From assembly GCA_021734805.1 (NCBI GenBank), contig JAIPIG010000002.1, positions 5,975-69,974 of the forward strand: a DNA stretch of 64,000 nt. The letters are read 5' to 3'. The position numbers and the translations under genes are program-made. Origin of the DNA: Simkaniaceae bacterium (GTDB lineage Bacteria; Chlamydiota; Chlamydiia; Chlamydiales; JACRBE01). Below the pieces are notes generated by a model, which saw only the letters and a program-made list of their open reading frames with translations, had not been told where the DNA came from and made no database searches. Below are positions 45,302 to 54,940 of this stretch, piece after piece (the stretch's first letter is position 1; every line of letters begins with the position of its first letter).

Positions 45302-46077
45302 CTATTAATTTCAGCTTTAACAATGTTGAGGCCCATAGTAATAAAGAAGTTAAATAAGAGAATACATGTATAGCAAATCACCACGCAGGTTGTTGTCGCC
45401 CGGCCTACACCTGCAGCGCCACCTTGAGTTTTAATCCCTTTATAACAACAGATGGTCACAATGAGAGTTCCAAAGACCACGGATTTTACAAGTCCAACAA
45501 AGCAGTCAAATGGTGTCATATAATGTTGCATTGGATCAAAATAGTTAACGGGCGGCATTTTAAAAAAATAGACGGCAAGTAAGTAACCGCCGAAAATTCC
45601 CATGATGACGCTAAAAACGGTGAGTAGGGGAAGCATGATTGTTCCCGCAATAAACCGAGGCGCAATGAGATAGCGGTGGGGATTAACAGACATCGACTGG
45701 AGCGCATCGATCTGTTCCGTGACGTTCATTGTGCCGAGCTCGGCGCACATGGCTGCGCCAACGCGGCCGGTAATCATAAAGGCTGTGAGTACCGGACCTA
45801 GTTCCGTGATCATCGCTTTTCCGACCATAATCCCCGTTGCACCCGCAAGTCCTTTATCTGCAAGTTGATAAAAGGATTGGGCTGCAAGGACGAGACCTGT
45901 TGAGCATCCGGTCATCGCCACAACGGGCAGTGACATCACGCCGATTTCATATAGTTGTTCTCGAATAGAAGACCACGGCGGGGGACGGCGAAGCGTGGCA
46001 GTAATGACCTCTATGATGAGGACAATATACTCACCTATTGACGTTAAGAACTTTAAACGCTTTCTGAGATGCTCCAT
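45289..46077 (-). CDS. mlaE: Mla-type ABC permease
   Basis: MlaE-like polytopic protein (LYEIGVMSLPVVAMTGCSTGLVLAAQ..., GRVGAAMCAELGTMNVTEQIDAL). Start placed at ATG 46077 (MEHLRKRL) because the TTG-extended ORF reads through a terminator hairpin. Confidence 0.86.
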   Translation of the reverse strand: MEHLRKRLKFLTSIGEYIVLIIEVITATLRRPPPWSSIREQLYEIGVMSLPVVAMTGCSTGLVLAAQSFYQLADKGLAGATGIMVGKAMITELGPVLTAFMITGRVGAAMCAELGTMNVTEQIDALQSMSVNPHRYLIAPRFIAGTIMLPLLTVFSVIMGIFGGYLLAVYFFKMPPVNYFDPMQHYMTPFDCFVGLVKSVVFGTLIVTICCYKGIKTQGGAAGVGRATTTCVVICYTCILLFNFFITMGLNIVKAEINRWLS

Positions 46078-46125
46078 AAATTGGGTATTTACCCAATGGC
46101 ATCTTATTTTTAAATCAAAAAAAGA

Positions 46126-46160
46126 AAGAGGGTGCCACTTCAATCAAAGGGCACCCTCTT
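46126..46160 (-). terminator. Rho-independent terminator of the T3SS translocator operon
   Basis: Perfect 11-bp stem AAGAGGGTGCC (46126..46136) / GGCACCCTCTT (46150..46160) with a 13-nt loop. On the minus strand it is followed by TCTTTTTTTGATTT. It lies 35 nt after the stop of the 191-aa gene. Confidence 0.75.
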
Positions 46161-46194
46161 CGACGTTTAAAATCTTATACCGGAATCAGTATAG

Positions 46195-46770
46195 TTATGC
46201 TCCTGCAATGACAGAAGACATTCCGGCAATAGCTTGTCGAATTGCTTGAAGCGCAGTGTCATGCAACTCCGAGAGGCGGCGATCCGTCATTTGTTTAGAA
46301 CTGTTATGTTCATTGAGCTTCTCGCGTGCAGATTCAATGCCATATTGGTTTTTTCCGGCAATTTGTGCCTGCTCATGACTGGATCCAAGAGAACCGAAGG
46401 CCTCTGCAATAGATCCACCGACATGACCCGCCGTTTCATAGGCTTTTTTCCATCCCTCATTTGTTTCTCCACCGGCAAGAACTGAAGCTGATCCTAAAGC
46501 AACAGCTTTACAAAACTTTCCGGCAAAATCATACTTACCATGTTCTTGATGTGTATGTGATTGTTTGCCATAAGCAGCAAGGGAGGTGAGTTCGGCTTCT
46601 GCAATTTCGCGTTGTTTTTGAGAAAGGAGTTTTCCCGAATCCCTAAGAGCCTCAATAAACAGTTGTGTGATGAGCGTAATTAAACCCGTATTATGTTGCT
46701 CAGGTAAAGGTTGGATATCAGTGACTTGTCCACTTGGAAGTGAGAGGTTGACTTGTTGAATGCCTGACAT
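46195..46770 (-). CDS. Putative T3SS minor hydrophobic translocator (CopD/YopD-like by position), unusually short
   Basis: 191 aa, the last gene of the chaperone-led operon. N-terminal V7-N-L-S-L-P12 resembles the P/VxLxxP class II chaperone-binding motif. One hydrophobic segment (AVALGSASVLAGG) and helical C-terminal half. Confidence 0.5.
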   Translation of the reverse strand: MSGIQQVNLSLPSGQVTDIQPLPEQHNTGLITLITQLFIEALRDSGKLLSQKQREIAEAELTSLAAYGKQSHTHQEHGKYDFAGKFCKAVALGSASVLAGGETNEGWKKAYETAGHVGGSIAEAFGSLGSSHEQAQIAGKNQYGIESAREKLNEHNSSKQMTDRRLSELHDTALQAIRQAIAGMSSVIAGA

Positions 46771-46794
46771 AATGGATCTCCTTATATAGTGTTT

Positions 46795-47817
46795 TTAAGC
46801 TCCTAAACCGGCAGCAAGAATTCCTCGATGAATATCGGCTCGATTGCGTAAAAAATCGGAAGAGGCTTGGTTGATTTGTTTATCGAGATTAGCTGTCGCT
46901 TTAAAGCGATTTAAATTGTCTTCTATCTTTTGAGAAAGGATGACTTTGTCACCTTCATGTAATTCTCTTTTGGCTCGGAGCTCGTCAATATCATATTGAA
47001 TGCTTGCGGTATTCATCTGCATGACACTACTCATAAGGGTCTGCGTGAGCGAAGCGATATCAAAGATCTTATTGGCAAGGTGTGTGCGGTCAGTCGATTG
47101 GAAGCCAAGCCCGCCTGCAATGAGTCCAATGGAAGAGGCGATTAAAGCGATAGCGCCGGTTAAGGTCTCCGAATATCCAAGGGATTTAAGGGCTTGAGCC
47201 GCAAGTGTTGCCGATCCGGTAAAGAGGAGTGTATAACCGAGATTGCGTGCCGATTCGGTAGGGCTTGCAATCATCAACCCCCCACCTACGATTTGGACTG
47301 AAGACAAGAGGCAGATGGTCATATCTTGCCAAAAATCATTCGTTTGAAGATGGGTCTTTTTTTCGTCGATTGCTTTGATTGTTTTGAAATGTTCGCTTTC
47401 AGCTTTAGATAAATGTTCAGAAAAGATTGAGCGCATTTGAGCCGTATTTTGAAGGGCAAATTTTTTGTGCTCTTCGGAGGAGTTCAAAATATCAAAAAGC
47501 AATCCTTCGATTGTCTTTGGTTGAGTCTCTGTAGTGGCCGGTTGATTTTGCGCTTCTTTGGCATTGAGAATGCGAGTGAGGCGATCGGCATGTGTGGTTG
47601 GTTGAAGTTTTTGGGGATGGGTAACGGCATGGATGGGGTCAGGTGAGGGGAGCATTGGGCGATTAAAAGGAGAATGAGCGGGAGCTCCCGGAGCCGCCGC
47701 AAATTGAGCATCGTCCTTGGGGTGTCTTTTTTGGAGCTTTGTGATCGGCGTTGATCCGGATGGAGGGGTAATATTAGTCGAGGGGAGGGTGAGATCTAAT
47801 CGCCTGAGAGAATTCAT
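46795..47817 (-). CDS. Putative T3SS major hydrophobic translocator (CopB/YopB/IpaB-like by architecture)
   Basis: 340 aa. Pro-rich disordered N-terminus with L7-D-L-T-L-P12, then a coiled-coil region. Two long hydrophobic segments (MTICLLSSVQIVGGGLMIASP and LTGAIALIASSIGLIAGGLGF). 4-nt overlap with the chaperone gene. Confidence 0.62.
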   Translation of the reverse strand: MNSLRRLDLTLPSTNITPPSGSTPITKLQKRHPKDDAQFAAAPGAPAHSPFNRPMLPSPDPIHAVTHPQKLQPTTHADRLTRILNAKEAQNQPATTETQPKTIEGLLFDILNSSEEHKKFALQNTAQMRSIFSEHLSKAESEHFKTIKAIDEKKTHLQTNDFWQDMTICLLSSVQIVGGGLMIASPTESARNLGYTLLFTGSATLAAQALKSLGYSETLTGAIALIASSIGLIAGGLGFQSTDRTHLANKIFDIASLTQTLMSSVMQMNTASIQYDIDELRAKRELHEGDKVILSQKIEDNLNRFKATANLDKQINQASSDFLRNRADIHRGILAAGLGA

Positions 47818-48290
47818 TTCTTGTCCTTGGTTAATGCAAGGGTTGACTTAACTGAGGCAATGTGCTCGGCAAGATCGGTTCGATCTTTTGCCAATTCAAG
47901 GGCCAGCATAAGAGCCTCTTCTGCCTCCTGATTTTTGCGCAGGGAAAGCAAACACTCTGCAGCATGCAAGTGGGGAAGTGGATCATTTTCTTGGAACATG
48001 ATTGTCATATACCACGCAACGAGCGCATTTTCATATTCTCTCATTTGTTGAAGTGTTGCGGCAAGGCCAAACCAGTTGCGCCCTTCTAAAGGTCTTGCAA
48101 TGACGAGCTTATGGAAAAGAGGTTTGGCTCTTTCATAGTCTCCCACTCCGTATAAATTGTGCCCAATGGTATAGAGTAAAGAAGCATCTTCAGCTGAGAG
48201 ATCTTGAGGATCCATAGATCCGGTCTCTTTGACCGATTTGCCAATTTTTTCTAAGGCAGCTTGGAGGATCACCTGTTTATTTTGAGTCAT
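47814..48290 (-). CDS. lcrH: Class II type III secretion chaperone (TPR; SycD/LcrH/IpgC/Scc2 family)
   Basis: 158 aa. LYTIGHNLYGVGDYERAKPLFHKLVIARPLEGRNWFGLAATLQQMREYENALVAWYMTIMFQENDPLPHLHAAECLL aligns by eye with SycD/LcrH, including FHAAECLL. Confidence 0.88.
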   Translation of the reverse strand: MTQNKQVILQAALEKIGKSVKETGSMDPQDLSAEDASLLYTIGHNLYGVGDYERAKPLFHKLVIARPLEGRNWFGLAATLQQMREYENALVAWYMTIMFQENDPLPHLHAAECLLSLRKNQEAEEALMLALELAKDRTDLAEHIASVKSTLALTKDKK

Positions 48291-48296
48291 CTGCGT

Positions 48297-48860
48297 TTAC
48301 CCACGAGGGATTTGGTTTGCAACCATTCGATCGAAGGTGCGTCCTGCCTGTTTGACAATCTCACCCATTGCTTTGAGTAAAAGAGTGTTCATTTCCAGTG
48401 TCTGAGTTAATAAAACATCGAGTTCGGGAAGTTTAACAGATTCTAGGGAACGGGATAGGGCGTTGCAGTTTGCAATGGTTTGCTCAACAGCTTGGGGGAT
48501 AATCGTTGAATGATCACTTGAAAGAGGAATAAAAAGGTCATCTGAGTTCTTAAGAATATAACCAAACTCTTCGCGGTATTTCTCCCAAATGGCTGTGATC
48601 TCTTCAATGCCTTCTCGATATTGAGTGTAAAACGCGTCCTTATCTATGGTGCCGTCTTTAATTTTCTCTAGGCTTTGATTGAGGCTGGAAATCATATTAA
48701 GGAGCTTTCTGTTATCAATATGGGTTTCACGGCGCTCTATTGATTGTCCTTGGAGTTTAGACAGAGTAAAATCATCCATGCTATGAACGGCATATTCAGT
48801 CGCTGAGTAAAGAGATTTTCTTCTAGAAATTTCAGTGATGCCTTCAATGGGTTCAGCCAT
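48297..48860 (-). CDS. Hypothetical helical protein, first gene of the translocator operon (T3SS-associated by context)
   Basis: 187 aa, predicted mostly helical, no TM segment. It ends 6 nt before the chaperone gene on the same strand. Confidence 0.45.
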   Translation of the reverse strand: MAEPIEGITEISRRKSLYSATEYAVHSMDDFTLSKLQGQSIERRETHIDNRKLLNMISSLNQSLEKIKDGTIDKDAFYTQYREGIEEITAIWEKYREEFGYILKNSDDLFIPLSSDHSTIIPQAVEQTIANCNALSRSLESVKLPELDVLLTQTLEMNTLLLKAMGEIVKQAGRTFDRMVANQIPRG

Positions 48861-49097
48861 AAATACTTTCCTTGAATTTTTTTAAAAATGCACTTTCTGC
48901 TGAAGGAATTATAAATGACCCCCAAATTATATACAAATAGAGAATCGATTATCTTGAACTCGGCTTTGGAAAGCCGCAGCCGCTCTCTGAACCCTCATTT
49001 TTGTGTAAGATGAGTGATTAAGGAAGTGTAAATTTTTCTTATGGTTTTATACACAAAAAGTGTATACAGATCTTCACAACTCAGATGGAGGTGATCT

Positions 49098-50393
49098 ATG
49101 GAAAGAAGCATATCAAAGAAAATTTTTGAAAAATCTCAGCAAGTCTTTCCCGGTGGGGTTAATTCTCCCGTTCGATCCTTTCCCGGACTCGGGATATCGC
49201 CTCTTGTGATCAAGTCGGGAAAAGGCGATATGATTACCGATTTGGATGGGTATAAATATATTGATTTTTGCATGAGTTGGGGGCCTTTAATTTTAGGTCA
49301 TAGCCATCCTGTAGTGATCAAAGCAATTCAAGAACAGATTGAAAATGGGACGACTTTTGGGATTGCGACAGAGGAAGAGCTCCTTTTGGGTCAGTGGGTT
49401 ATTGATCATGTCGCATCAATTGAAAAAGTTCGTTTTGTTTCAACCGGAACGGAGGCAACCGGAACGGCGATTCGTTTAGCCCGCGCCTTTACAAAACGGA
49501 GCAAAATCGTCAAATTTGACGGAAACTATCACGGTTCTGTCGATTCATTATTGATTAGAGCGGGATCTTATTTGCGCAATCACATTCCTGAGGCTTCCTC
49601 AAGTGGAATTCCAAGCGAATATATTCAATCGACAGTGACGCTACCATACAATGATCCGATGGTATTCAAAGACTATTTTTCAAAGCATGGCGATGAAATT
49701 GCCGCAGTGATTGTCGAGCCCATTGCGGGGAATATGGGGGTAGTTCCTGCATCGGGTGAATTTTTAGGGACGCTTAGACAGCTCACCATTGAAAAAGGGG
49801 CGCTTCTTATTTTCGATGAGGTAATTACCGGTTTTCGCGTAGGTCTTGACGGTGCGCAAGGACTTTACGGTATTGAGCCTGATCTGACTTGTTTTGGTAA
49901 AATTATCGGTGGGGGGCTTCCCGCAGCGGCAATTGGGGGTTCAAGAGAAATTATGGATTTTTTAGCTCCCAAGGGGGATGTCTTTCAAGCGGGAACTTTA
50001 TCGGGATGTCCTGTTGCCATGAGAGCAGGCCTTGCAACACTTCAATGTGTAAGCGCGCCGAAATTTTATGAAAAACTCAAACAAAAAGCAGATGTTATTA
50101 CAAAACCCGTACACGAATTTATTACGAAAAATAAAATAAATGCATGTGTACAACAAGTAGGGTCGATGTTTACACTTTTCTTTGGAGCAAAGTCGATCAA
50201 GACCTCAGAGGATTTGAACCAACTCGATGCCGAAACGTTTAAGCGCTTTTTCCAATACTTATTTGTGAAGGGAATTTATTTCCCTCCATCGCAAATGGAG
50301 GCGAGTTTTGTTTCAATAGCCCATGAAATGGCCCATTTAGAGAAAACGCGCGATGAAATTCTAAAATTTTTGCAGGGATTGTTACCTCAATAG
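49098..50393 (+). CDS. hemL: Glutamate-1-semialdehyde 2,1-aminomutase
   Basis: 431 aa. VFPGGVNSPVRSF and the PLP-lysine region CFGKIIGGGLP. Strong SD GGAGGTGA upstream. Confidence 0.92.
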   Translation: MERSISKKIFEKSQQVFPGGVNSPVRSFPGLGISPLVIKSGKGDMITDLDGYKYIDFCMSWGPLILGHSHPVVIKAIQEQIENGTTFGIATEEELLLGQWVIDHVASIEKVRFVSTGTEATGTAIRLARAFTKRSKIVKFDGNYHGSVDSLLIRAGSYLRNHIPEASSSGIPSEYIQSTVTLPYNDPMVFKDYFSKHGDEIAAVIVEPIAGNMGVVPASGEFLGTLRQLTIEKGALLIFDEVITGFRVGLDGAQGLYGIEPDLTCFGKIIGGGLPAAAIGGSREIMDFLAPKGDVFQAGTLSGCPVAMRAGLATLQCVSAPKFYEKLKQKADVITKPVHEFITKNKINACVQQVGSMFTLFFGAKSIKTSEDLNQLDAETFKRFFQYLFVKGIYFPPSQMEASFVSIAHEMAHLEKTRDEILKFLQGLLPQ

Positions 50394-51875
50394 ATGACGA
50401 AGTGGCTTTTTAGTTGTTATATCTTTTTTAGCTCGATCGTTCTGTTTGCGACAAGTTCGCCGCAAACATTGGAGAATTGGGTTCATTTTAAAGAAGGCGC
50501 TCCTCATCGCGTGGGTCTTCTTCATATTTCAAAAGACCATCCGATTGATCAATCAACTTTGTTATATGTGCAGCTCGCTCTGAGGCACTTTAAAGAGAAA
50601 GGGGCTGCTTGTGTTATTTTAAATCTCGACACACCGGGAGGGGAGGTCTTCTCGGCAATGAAAATAGCCTCGCTATTTCATACGTATAGCGTGATTGAGG
50701 ATATGCCCGTTATTGCCTATATCGACGATTGGGCCATTTCGGCAGGAGCTCTACTGGCGTATTCATGTCCCATTATTGTGATCAACCAATCGAGTATTAT
50801 GGGAGCTGCGGAACCGGTCCTTATGGGAAACGGCGAATCTAAACCGGCCGGTGAAAAAACGGTGTCGGCTTTGCGCGCCGAGTTTGCTTCAACGGCTCAG
50901 CTCTATCAAAGAAATCCGGCGATTGCAGAGGCTATGGTTGACAAAGATCTTATCTTAGTCAAGAGGGGAGATGAGATTATCGGTCTTCGCGATCAAAGTG
51001 GAGTCAAGCCGGAAGATGAGGTGGTTTTCCCTGAGAAAAAGCTGCTTACCCTACGTGCTTCCGAATTAGAATCTTACCATATTGCAAATTACTTTTTGCC
51101 AAGCAATCAAGCAAGTAGCGTGCTTGATTTGCCCTTTTTTAAAAGTATAGACGGGATTGAAACGCTTGAATTTGACCATTGGAAGGTTGGGTTTTTTGCT
51201 TTTCTCACACATCCCGTGATCGCTTCAATCTTAATGTTTGCCCTCATCGTTGGTTTTTATATCGAGATGAGTACGCCGGGATTTGGGTGGCCCGGAATTA
51301 TTGCACTTTCTGCTTTAGGGCTCATTTTACTCACGCAATTTACCCTTTATACGGCCAATTATCTCGAGTGGATTTTGCTCGGTGTCGGAAGTGTTTTGAT
51401 CCTGATTGAACTCTTTTTTATTCCGACATTTGGGTTTATGGGGATTTTGGGAATTTTGCTTGTTATAGCTTCTCTTTTTTTACTTTTTGTTCCCTATATC
51501 GATGCGATTGATCTCGTGACATTTCGTCTTAATCCCTTTGAAAAAGAAGTTCTTTTTTATCGCTTGAGTTGGCTCATGTTATCATTTATTTTGGCATGTG
51601 CCGTTGTCATCATTCTAGCTAAAATCTTCTCTAAAACATTGTTTCCCAAATACCACATTATTTCTAAAGATTATCATGAAACGCCTAAAGCCTCTTTTGA
51701 AGTGCATTCGGGAGAAGTCGGCGTTGCGCAAACGATTTTAAAACCTTCGGGAAAAGTTGAAATTGCCGGTCTTATATATGATGCGGTTACAGAGGGACAA
51801 TTTCTCGAAAAAGGAGAAAAAATCATTGTTCTTCGTCAAGAAGGTGAAAAACTTGTCGTTAAACGTATTCAATAA
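50394..51875 (+). CDS. nfeD: NfeD-family membrane-bound ClpP-class serine protease
   Basis: 493 aa. N-terminal ClpP-like domain ([20 protein letters not shown]), central multi-TM block, C-terminal NfeD OB domain ([40 protein letters not shown]). Its start abuts the hemL stop. Confidence 0.85.
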   Translation: MTKWLFSCYIFFSSIVLFATSSPQTLENWVHFKEGAPHRVGLLHISKDHPIDQSTLLYVQLALRHFKEKGAACVILNLDTPGGEVFSAMKIASLFHTYSVIEDMPVIAYIDDWAISAGALLAYSCPIIVINQSSIMGAAEPVLMGNGESKPAGEKTVSALRAEFASTAQLYQRNPAIAEAMVDKDLILVKRGDEIIGLRDQSGVKPEDEVVFPEKKLLTLRASELESYHIANYFLPSNQASSVLDLPFFKSIDGIETLEFDHWKVGFFAFLTHPVIASILMFALIVGFYIEMSTPGFGWPGIIALSALGLILLTQFTLYTANYLEWILLGVGSVLILIELFFIPTFGFMGILGILLVIASLFLLFVPYIDAIDLVTFRLNPFEKEVLFYRLSWLMLSFILACAVVIILAKIFSKTLFPKYHIISKDYHETPKASFEVHSGEVGVAQTILKPSGKVEIAGLIYDAVTEGQFLEKGEKIIVLRQEGEKLVVKRIQ

Positions 51876-51907
51876 ATAGTTTCGACGATATAATTTCCCC
51901 AAAGCTA

Positions 51908-52924
51908 ATGGGAGTTATCGTGGAATTATCAAATATGATGTTTATTGTTACACTGATCTTAATCATTTTAGGGATTATCTTTATTGCGGTTACCGGTCGT
52001 TTTATTGGGTTATGGTTTCAGGCTTTTGTTTCAGGAACCCCCATTGCCATTCTTAATATCGTCGGAATGAGTTTAAGGAAAATCCCCCCACGCACCATTG
52101 TAAATGCAAAAATTAACTCGTATAAGGCGGGTCTTGTTCAAATTACCGTCTCAGATTTAGAAACCCACTATTTAGCCGGTGGCCGCATCCTCGATGTTGT
52201 GGCGGCAATGATTGCAGCAGATAAGGCGAATATTGAACTTAGCTGGCGTCAAGCCACAGCGATTGATTTAGCCGGTCGTGATATTTTAGATGCTGTGCGC
52301 ACTTCAGTTTATCCCAAAGTCATTGATTGCCCTGAAAAGGGACAGCAGTACATTTCTGCCGTTGCTAAAGATGGGGTTGAACTACTCTGCCGCGCACGCG
52401 TCACTGTGCGTACAAATATTAAACAACTCGTTGGTGGAGCGACGGAAGAAACAATCATTGCCCGTGTGGGTGAGGGAATTGTCAACTCCATCGGATCATC
52501 GAATACGCATCTCGATGTACTTGCTTCTCCGCAATCTATTTCAAAGCTCGTTCTTGATAAGGGGTTAGATGCTCAAACGGCTTTTGAAATTCTCTCCATT
52601 GACATTGCCGATATCACGGTTGGAGAAAATATTGGTGCACGTCTTCGAGCAGATCAGGCGGAATCAGATAAACGTATTGCGCAAGCCAAAGCGGAAGAGA
52701 GGCGTGCAATGGCCGTTGCTATTGAACAAGAAAATACGGCTAAAGTCACCGATATGCGTGCAAATCTCGTACAAGCTGAGGCTCAAATCCCCATTGCCAT
52801 TGCCGAGGCATTTAGAACAGGGAAAATTGGTGTTTTAGATTTTTATCATATGAAAAATCTTCAAGCAGATACTCTCATGAGGGAGTCGATTTCCAAAGAA
52901 GCGGATAAAGAAGAGGCTGAATAG
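51908..52924 (+). CDS. floA: Flotillin-like protein FloA (UPF0365/YqfA, SPFH superfamily)
   Basis: Near-colinear similarity to B. subtilis FloA: [63 protein letters not shown]. Confidence 0.88.
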   Translation: MGVIVELSNMMFIVTLILIILGIIFIAVTGRFIGLWFQAFVSGTPIAILNIVGMSLRKIPPRTIVNAKINSYKAGLVQITVSDLETHYLAGGRILDVVAAMIAADKANIELSWRQATAIDLAGRDILDAVRTSVYPKVIDCPEKGQQYISAVAKDGVELLCRARVTVRTNIKQLVGGATEETIIARVGEGIVNSIGSSNTHLDVLASPQSISKLVLDKGLDAQTAFEILSIDIADITVGENIGARLRADQAESDKRIAQAKAEERRAMAVAIEQENTAKVTDMRANLVQAEAQIPIAIAEAFRTGKIGVLDFYHMKNLQADTLMRESISKEADKEEAE

Positions 52925-52935
52925 AGGGTGTCATT

Positions 52936-53322
52936 ATGGAGAAGACTTCAACCGATGTTTTAATCATTTTCCTCTCTGTATTGTTTTTGTTGTTTCGCTT
53001 TATTTTCCGCAAAAAAAAACAAGGAAATGCACCGCCGATTCTTCCTCGGGTGCATTCTGAGCCAATACCCTCAAAAAAGCGCTCTCCCGGAGTTGTTAAG
53101 GTAAATAACCTCCCTCAACAGTATGAAAAGACGGGTGAGGAAAAAAAAGAGACAAACTTGAGACCTCATCCTCAAGTGGAAACAAAACACTCTCTTCACA
53201 GGAAGAGAAAAAGCCATTTCAAGGACGCCCTTCGGAACCCATCCTCTTTAGTTATTGCAAATGCGATTTTAAATCGGCCCTATCAAAGGCCCGATATACA
53301 AAGAGAAATCGATGGAAAATAA
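52936..53322 (+). CDS. Hypothetical single-pass membrane protein with a basic Pro/Lys-rich tail (128 aa)
   Basis: N-terminal TM VLIIFLSVLFLLFRFIF followed by RKKKQGNAPP.... It follows floA by 11 nt on the same strand. Confidence 0.45.
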   Translation: MEKTSTDVLIIFLSVLFLLFRFIFRKKKQGNAPPILPRVHSEPIPSKKRSPGVVKVNNLPQQYEKTGEEKKETNLRPHPQVETKHSLHRKRKSHFKDALRNPSSLVIANAILNRPYQRPDIQREIDGK

Positions 53323-54109
53323 AATCCCAACACGTTCTGATATCTATCAATTTCCCAATGGCTATTTTGATAGCCTTTCGGCGTTGTATATTCCAAAAGA
53401 GTTTCTGCCGGATGAAGGCAGTGCTATTCTTAAAACAAAAAAAATTGCTATTAAAGAACTTGGTGGGGAGGTCCCCTCTGAGTTTAAGATGCGGACAAGA
53501 TGCGCCTTTGCTATGCTAATTATGCCGTTTGACACGTGGTTTAGAGCCTATTTTTACGTCTGGAGAGCATTAAGAAACTCTGTTAAGAGACATCAAGAAG
53601 AAGAAAAACAATATTCTTTAGAGTTTTCTGCTAAATGTGCGATTGCCGTTGCCAATGCCGCGAGCGCTGTTGTTGAAATTGTGCGCATCGTTTTTGCTGA
53701 AAGTATGATTTGTTACTCTGCTTTAAAAGGGGTGTTTTTGTGGGATTCTTGTAGGGCCCTTGCTGAAATCGAATATATTTTATATGCGATGTCTTATGAA
53801 GATACATTCTATCAAATACATAGTGATCCTCCGGAATTAGATGGTACTCCTCCAAGGAATGTAAAGGCTTCACCGGCGTTGCGCCCGCAGTTATCCAGAT
53901 CTTCTTCAGCCCCGACTTTCTTAGAAGGATTATCGGAAGCGACTCCTACTAGTATGCCTAGGAAGGAGGAGGAGATTACGCTGACTGATCACATCATAAA
54001 ATTTTTTATGTTAGCAGAGCATTGTACCATTTCTCCCCTAACTTTAGCGGGATTCCGTGTTCATCATTGGCTATACCGGGACTTATGCAACAAAAGCAGT
54101 TTACCGTAA
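53312..54109 (+). CDS. Hypothetical protein (265 aa)
   Basis: ORF overlapping the previous one by 11 nt. It has amphipathic or hydrophobic central helices and an S/P-rich linker. No family recognised. Confidence 0.5.
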   Translation: MENKIPTRSDIYQFPNGYFDSLSALYIPKEFLPDEGSAILKTKKIAIKELGGEVPSEFKMRTRCAFAMLIMPFDTWFRAYFYVWRALRNSVKRHQEEEKQYSLEFSAKCAIAVANAASAVVEIVRIVFAESMICYSALKGVFLWDSCRALAEIEYILYAMSYEDTFYQIHSDPPELDGTPPRNVKASPALRPQLSRSSSAPTFLEGLSEATPTSMPRKEEEITLTDHIIKFFMLAEHCTISPLTLAGFRVHHWLYRDLCNKSSLP

Positions 54110-54940
54110 TTTGCCGGACCAGCCGAGTTTTGAGCGAAGTGTTGAGTAAAAGTCTCTTCGATTCAGTGTGACAAGTTTGAAGATTTTATCCGATTTTTTA
54201 ATCGTGATTGAATCATTGGGCTTTAGCTCGTGATTTGCCATTCCGTCTGCAACACATTCAATCGGTTTCGAAGGGCTCAAATACTTAATTTCAATGGTTG
54301 CATCCGAAGAGAGAACAAGGGGGCGATTAGAGATTGTATGGGGGCAAATCGGTGTCAAGACGATGGCTTCCAGTTCCGGCACGAGAATGGGGCCGCCGGC
54401 TGCTAAAGAATATGCGGTTGATCCATTAGGCGTGGCTAAAATAATGCCGTCAGCTTCAAATGTATTGAGATAAAGCCCATCGACATGAATGCTTACCTCA
54501 ATCAAAGAGGGGTTCATAGCGCGGTGGATGACAATATCGTTAATTGCATAGCTCGAGTAGGTCTCGTTTGATGCATATAAGATCAATCTTTTTTCAATGA
54601 CGTATTCGCCTCGAAGTAGATCTTCTAAGCTCTTTTCAATATCGGTAAGGGGAATGTCTGCCATGAATCCGAGGTGGCCAATATTAATTCCCAAAAGAGG
54701 GACATTGAGATCGCGGTAGGCGTGAGCATAGGATAAAATCGTCCCGTCACCACCTAAAGAGATTAAAAAATCAATAGAGGAAGAGGGAATGGATGAGAGC
54801 GAGGGGCAATTGAGCTCTTTGGCATATGCGTCTTCAATAACGACGTGGACTTTATGGATATGGAAAAAATCAAGGATTCTATGGATTGTTTCATGCGCTT
54901 TTTTTTCTATTGCGTAGGCAACAAGGAGGGCGACAATCAT
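54101..54940 (-). CDS. nadK: NAD kinase
   Basis: 279 aa with GGDGTIL and NGSTAYSLAAGGPI motifs. 4-nt overlap with dxs. Confidence 0.9.
   Translation of the reverse strand: MIVALLVAYAIEKKAHETIHRILDFFHIHKVHVVIEDAYAKELNCPSLSSIPSSSIDFLISLGGDGTILSYAHAYRDLNVPLLGINIGHLGFMADIPLTDIEKSLEDLLRGEYVIEKRLILYASNETYSSYAINDIVIHRAMNPSLIEVSIHVDGLYLNTFEADGIILATPNGSTAYSLAAGGPILVPELEAIVLTPICPHTISNRPLVLSSDATIEIKYLSPSKPIECVADGMANHELKPNDSITIKKSDKIFKLVTLNRRDFYSTLRSKLGWSGKLR

Noticed and set aside
46078-46143. TTG-initiated 22-codon extension of mlaE (MKWHPLSFFDLKIRCHW...)
   Set aside because: These codons are the terminator hairpin and T-tract of the upstream translocator operon read as protein. The ATG at 46077 gives a normal MlaE N-terminus.
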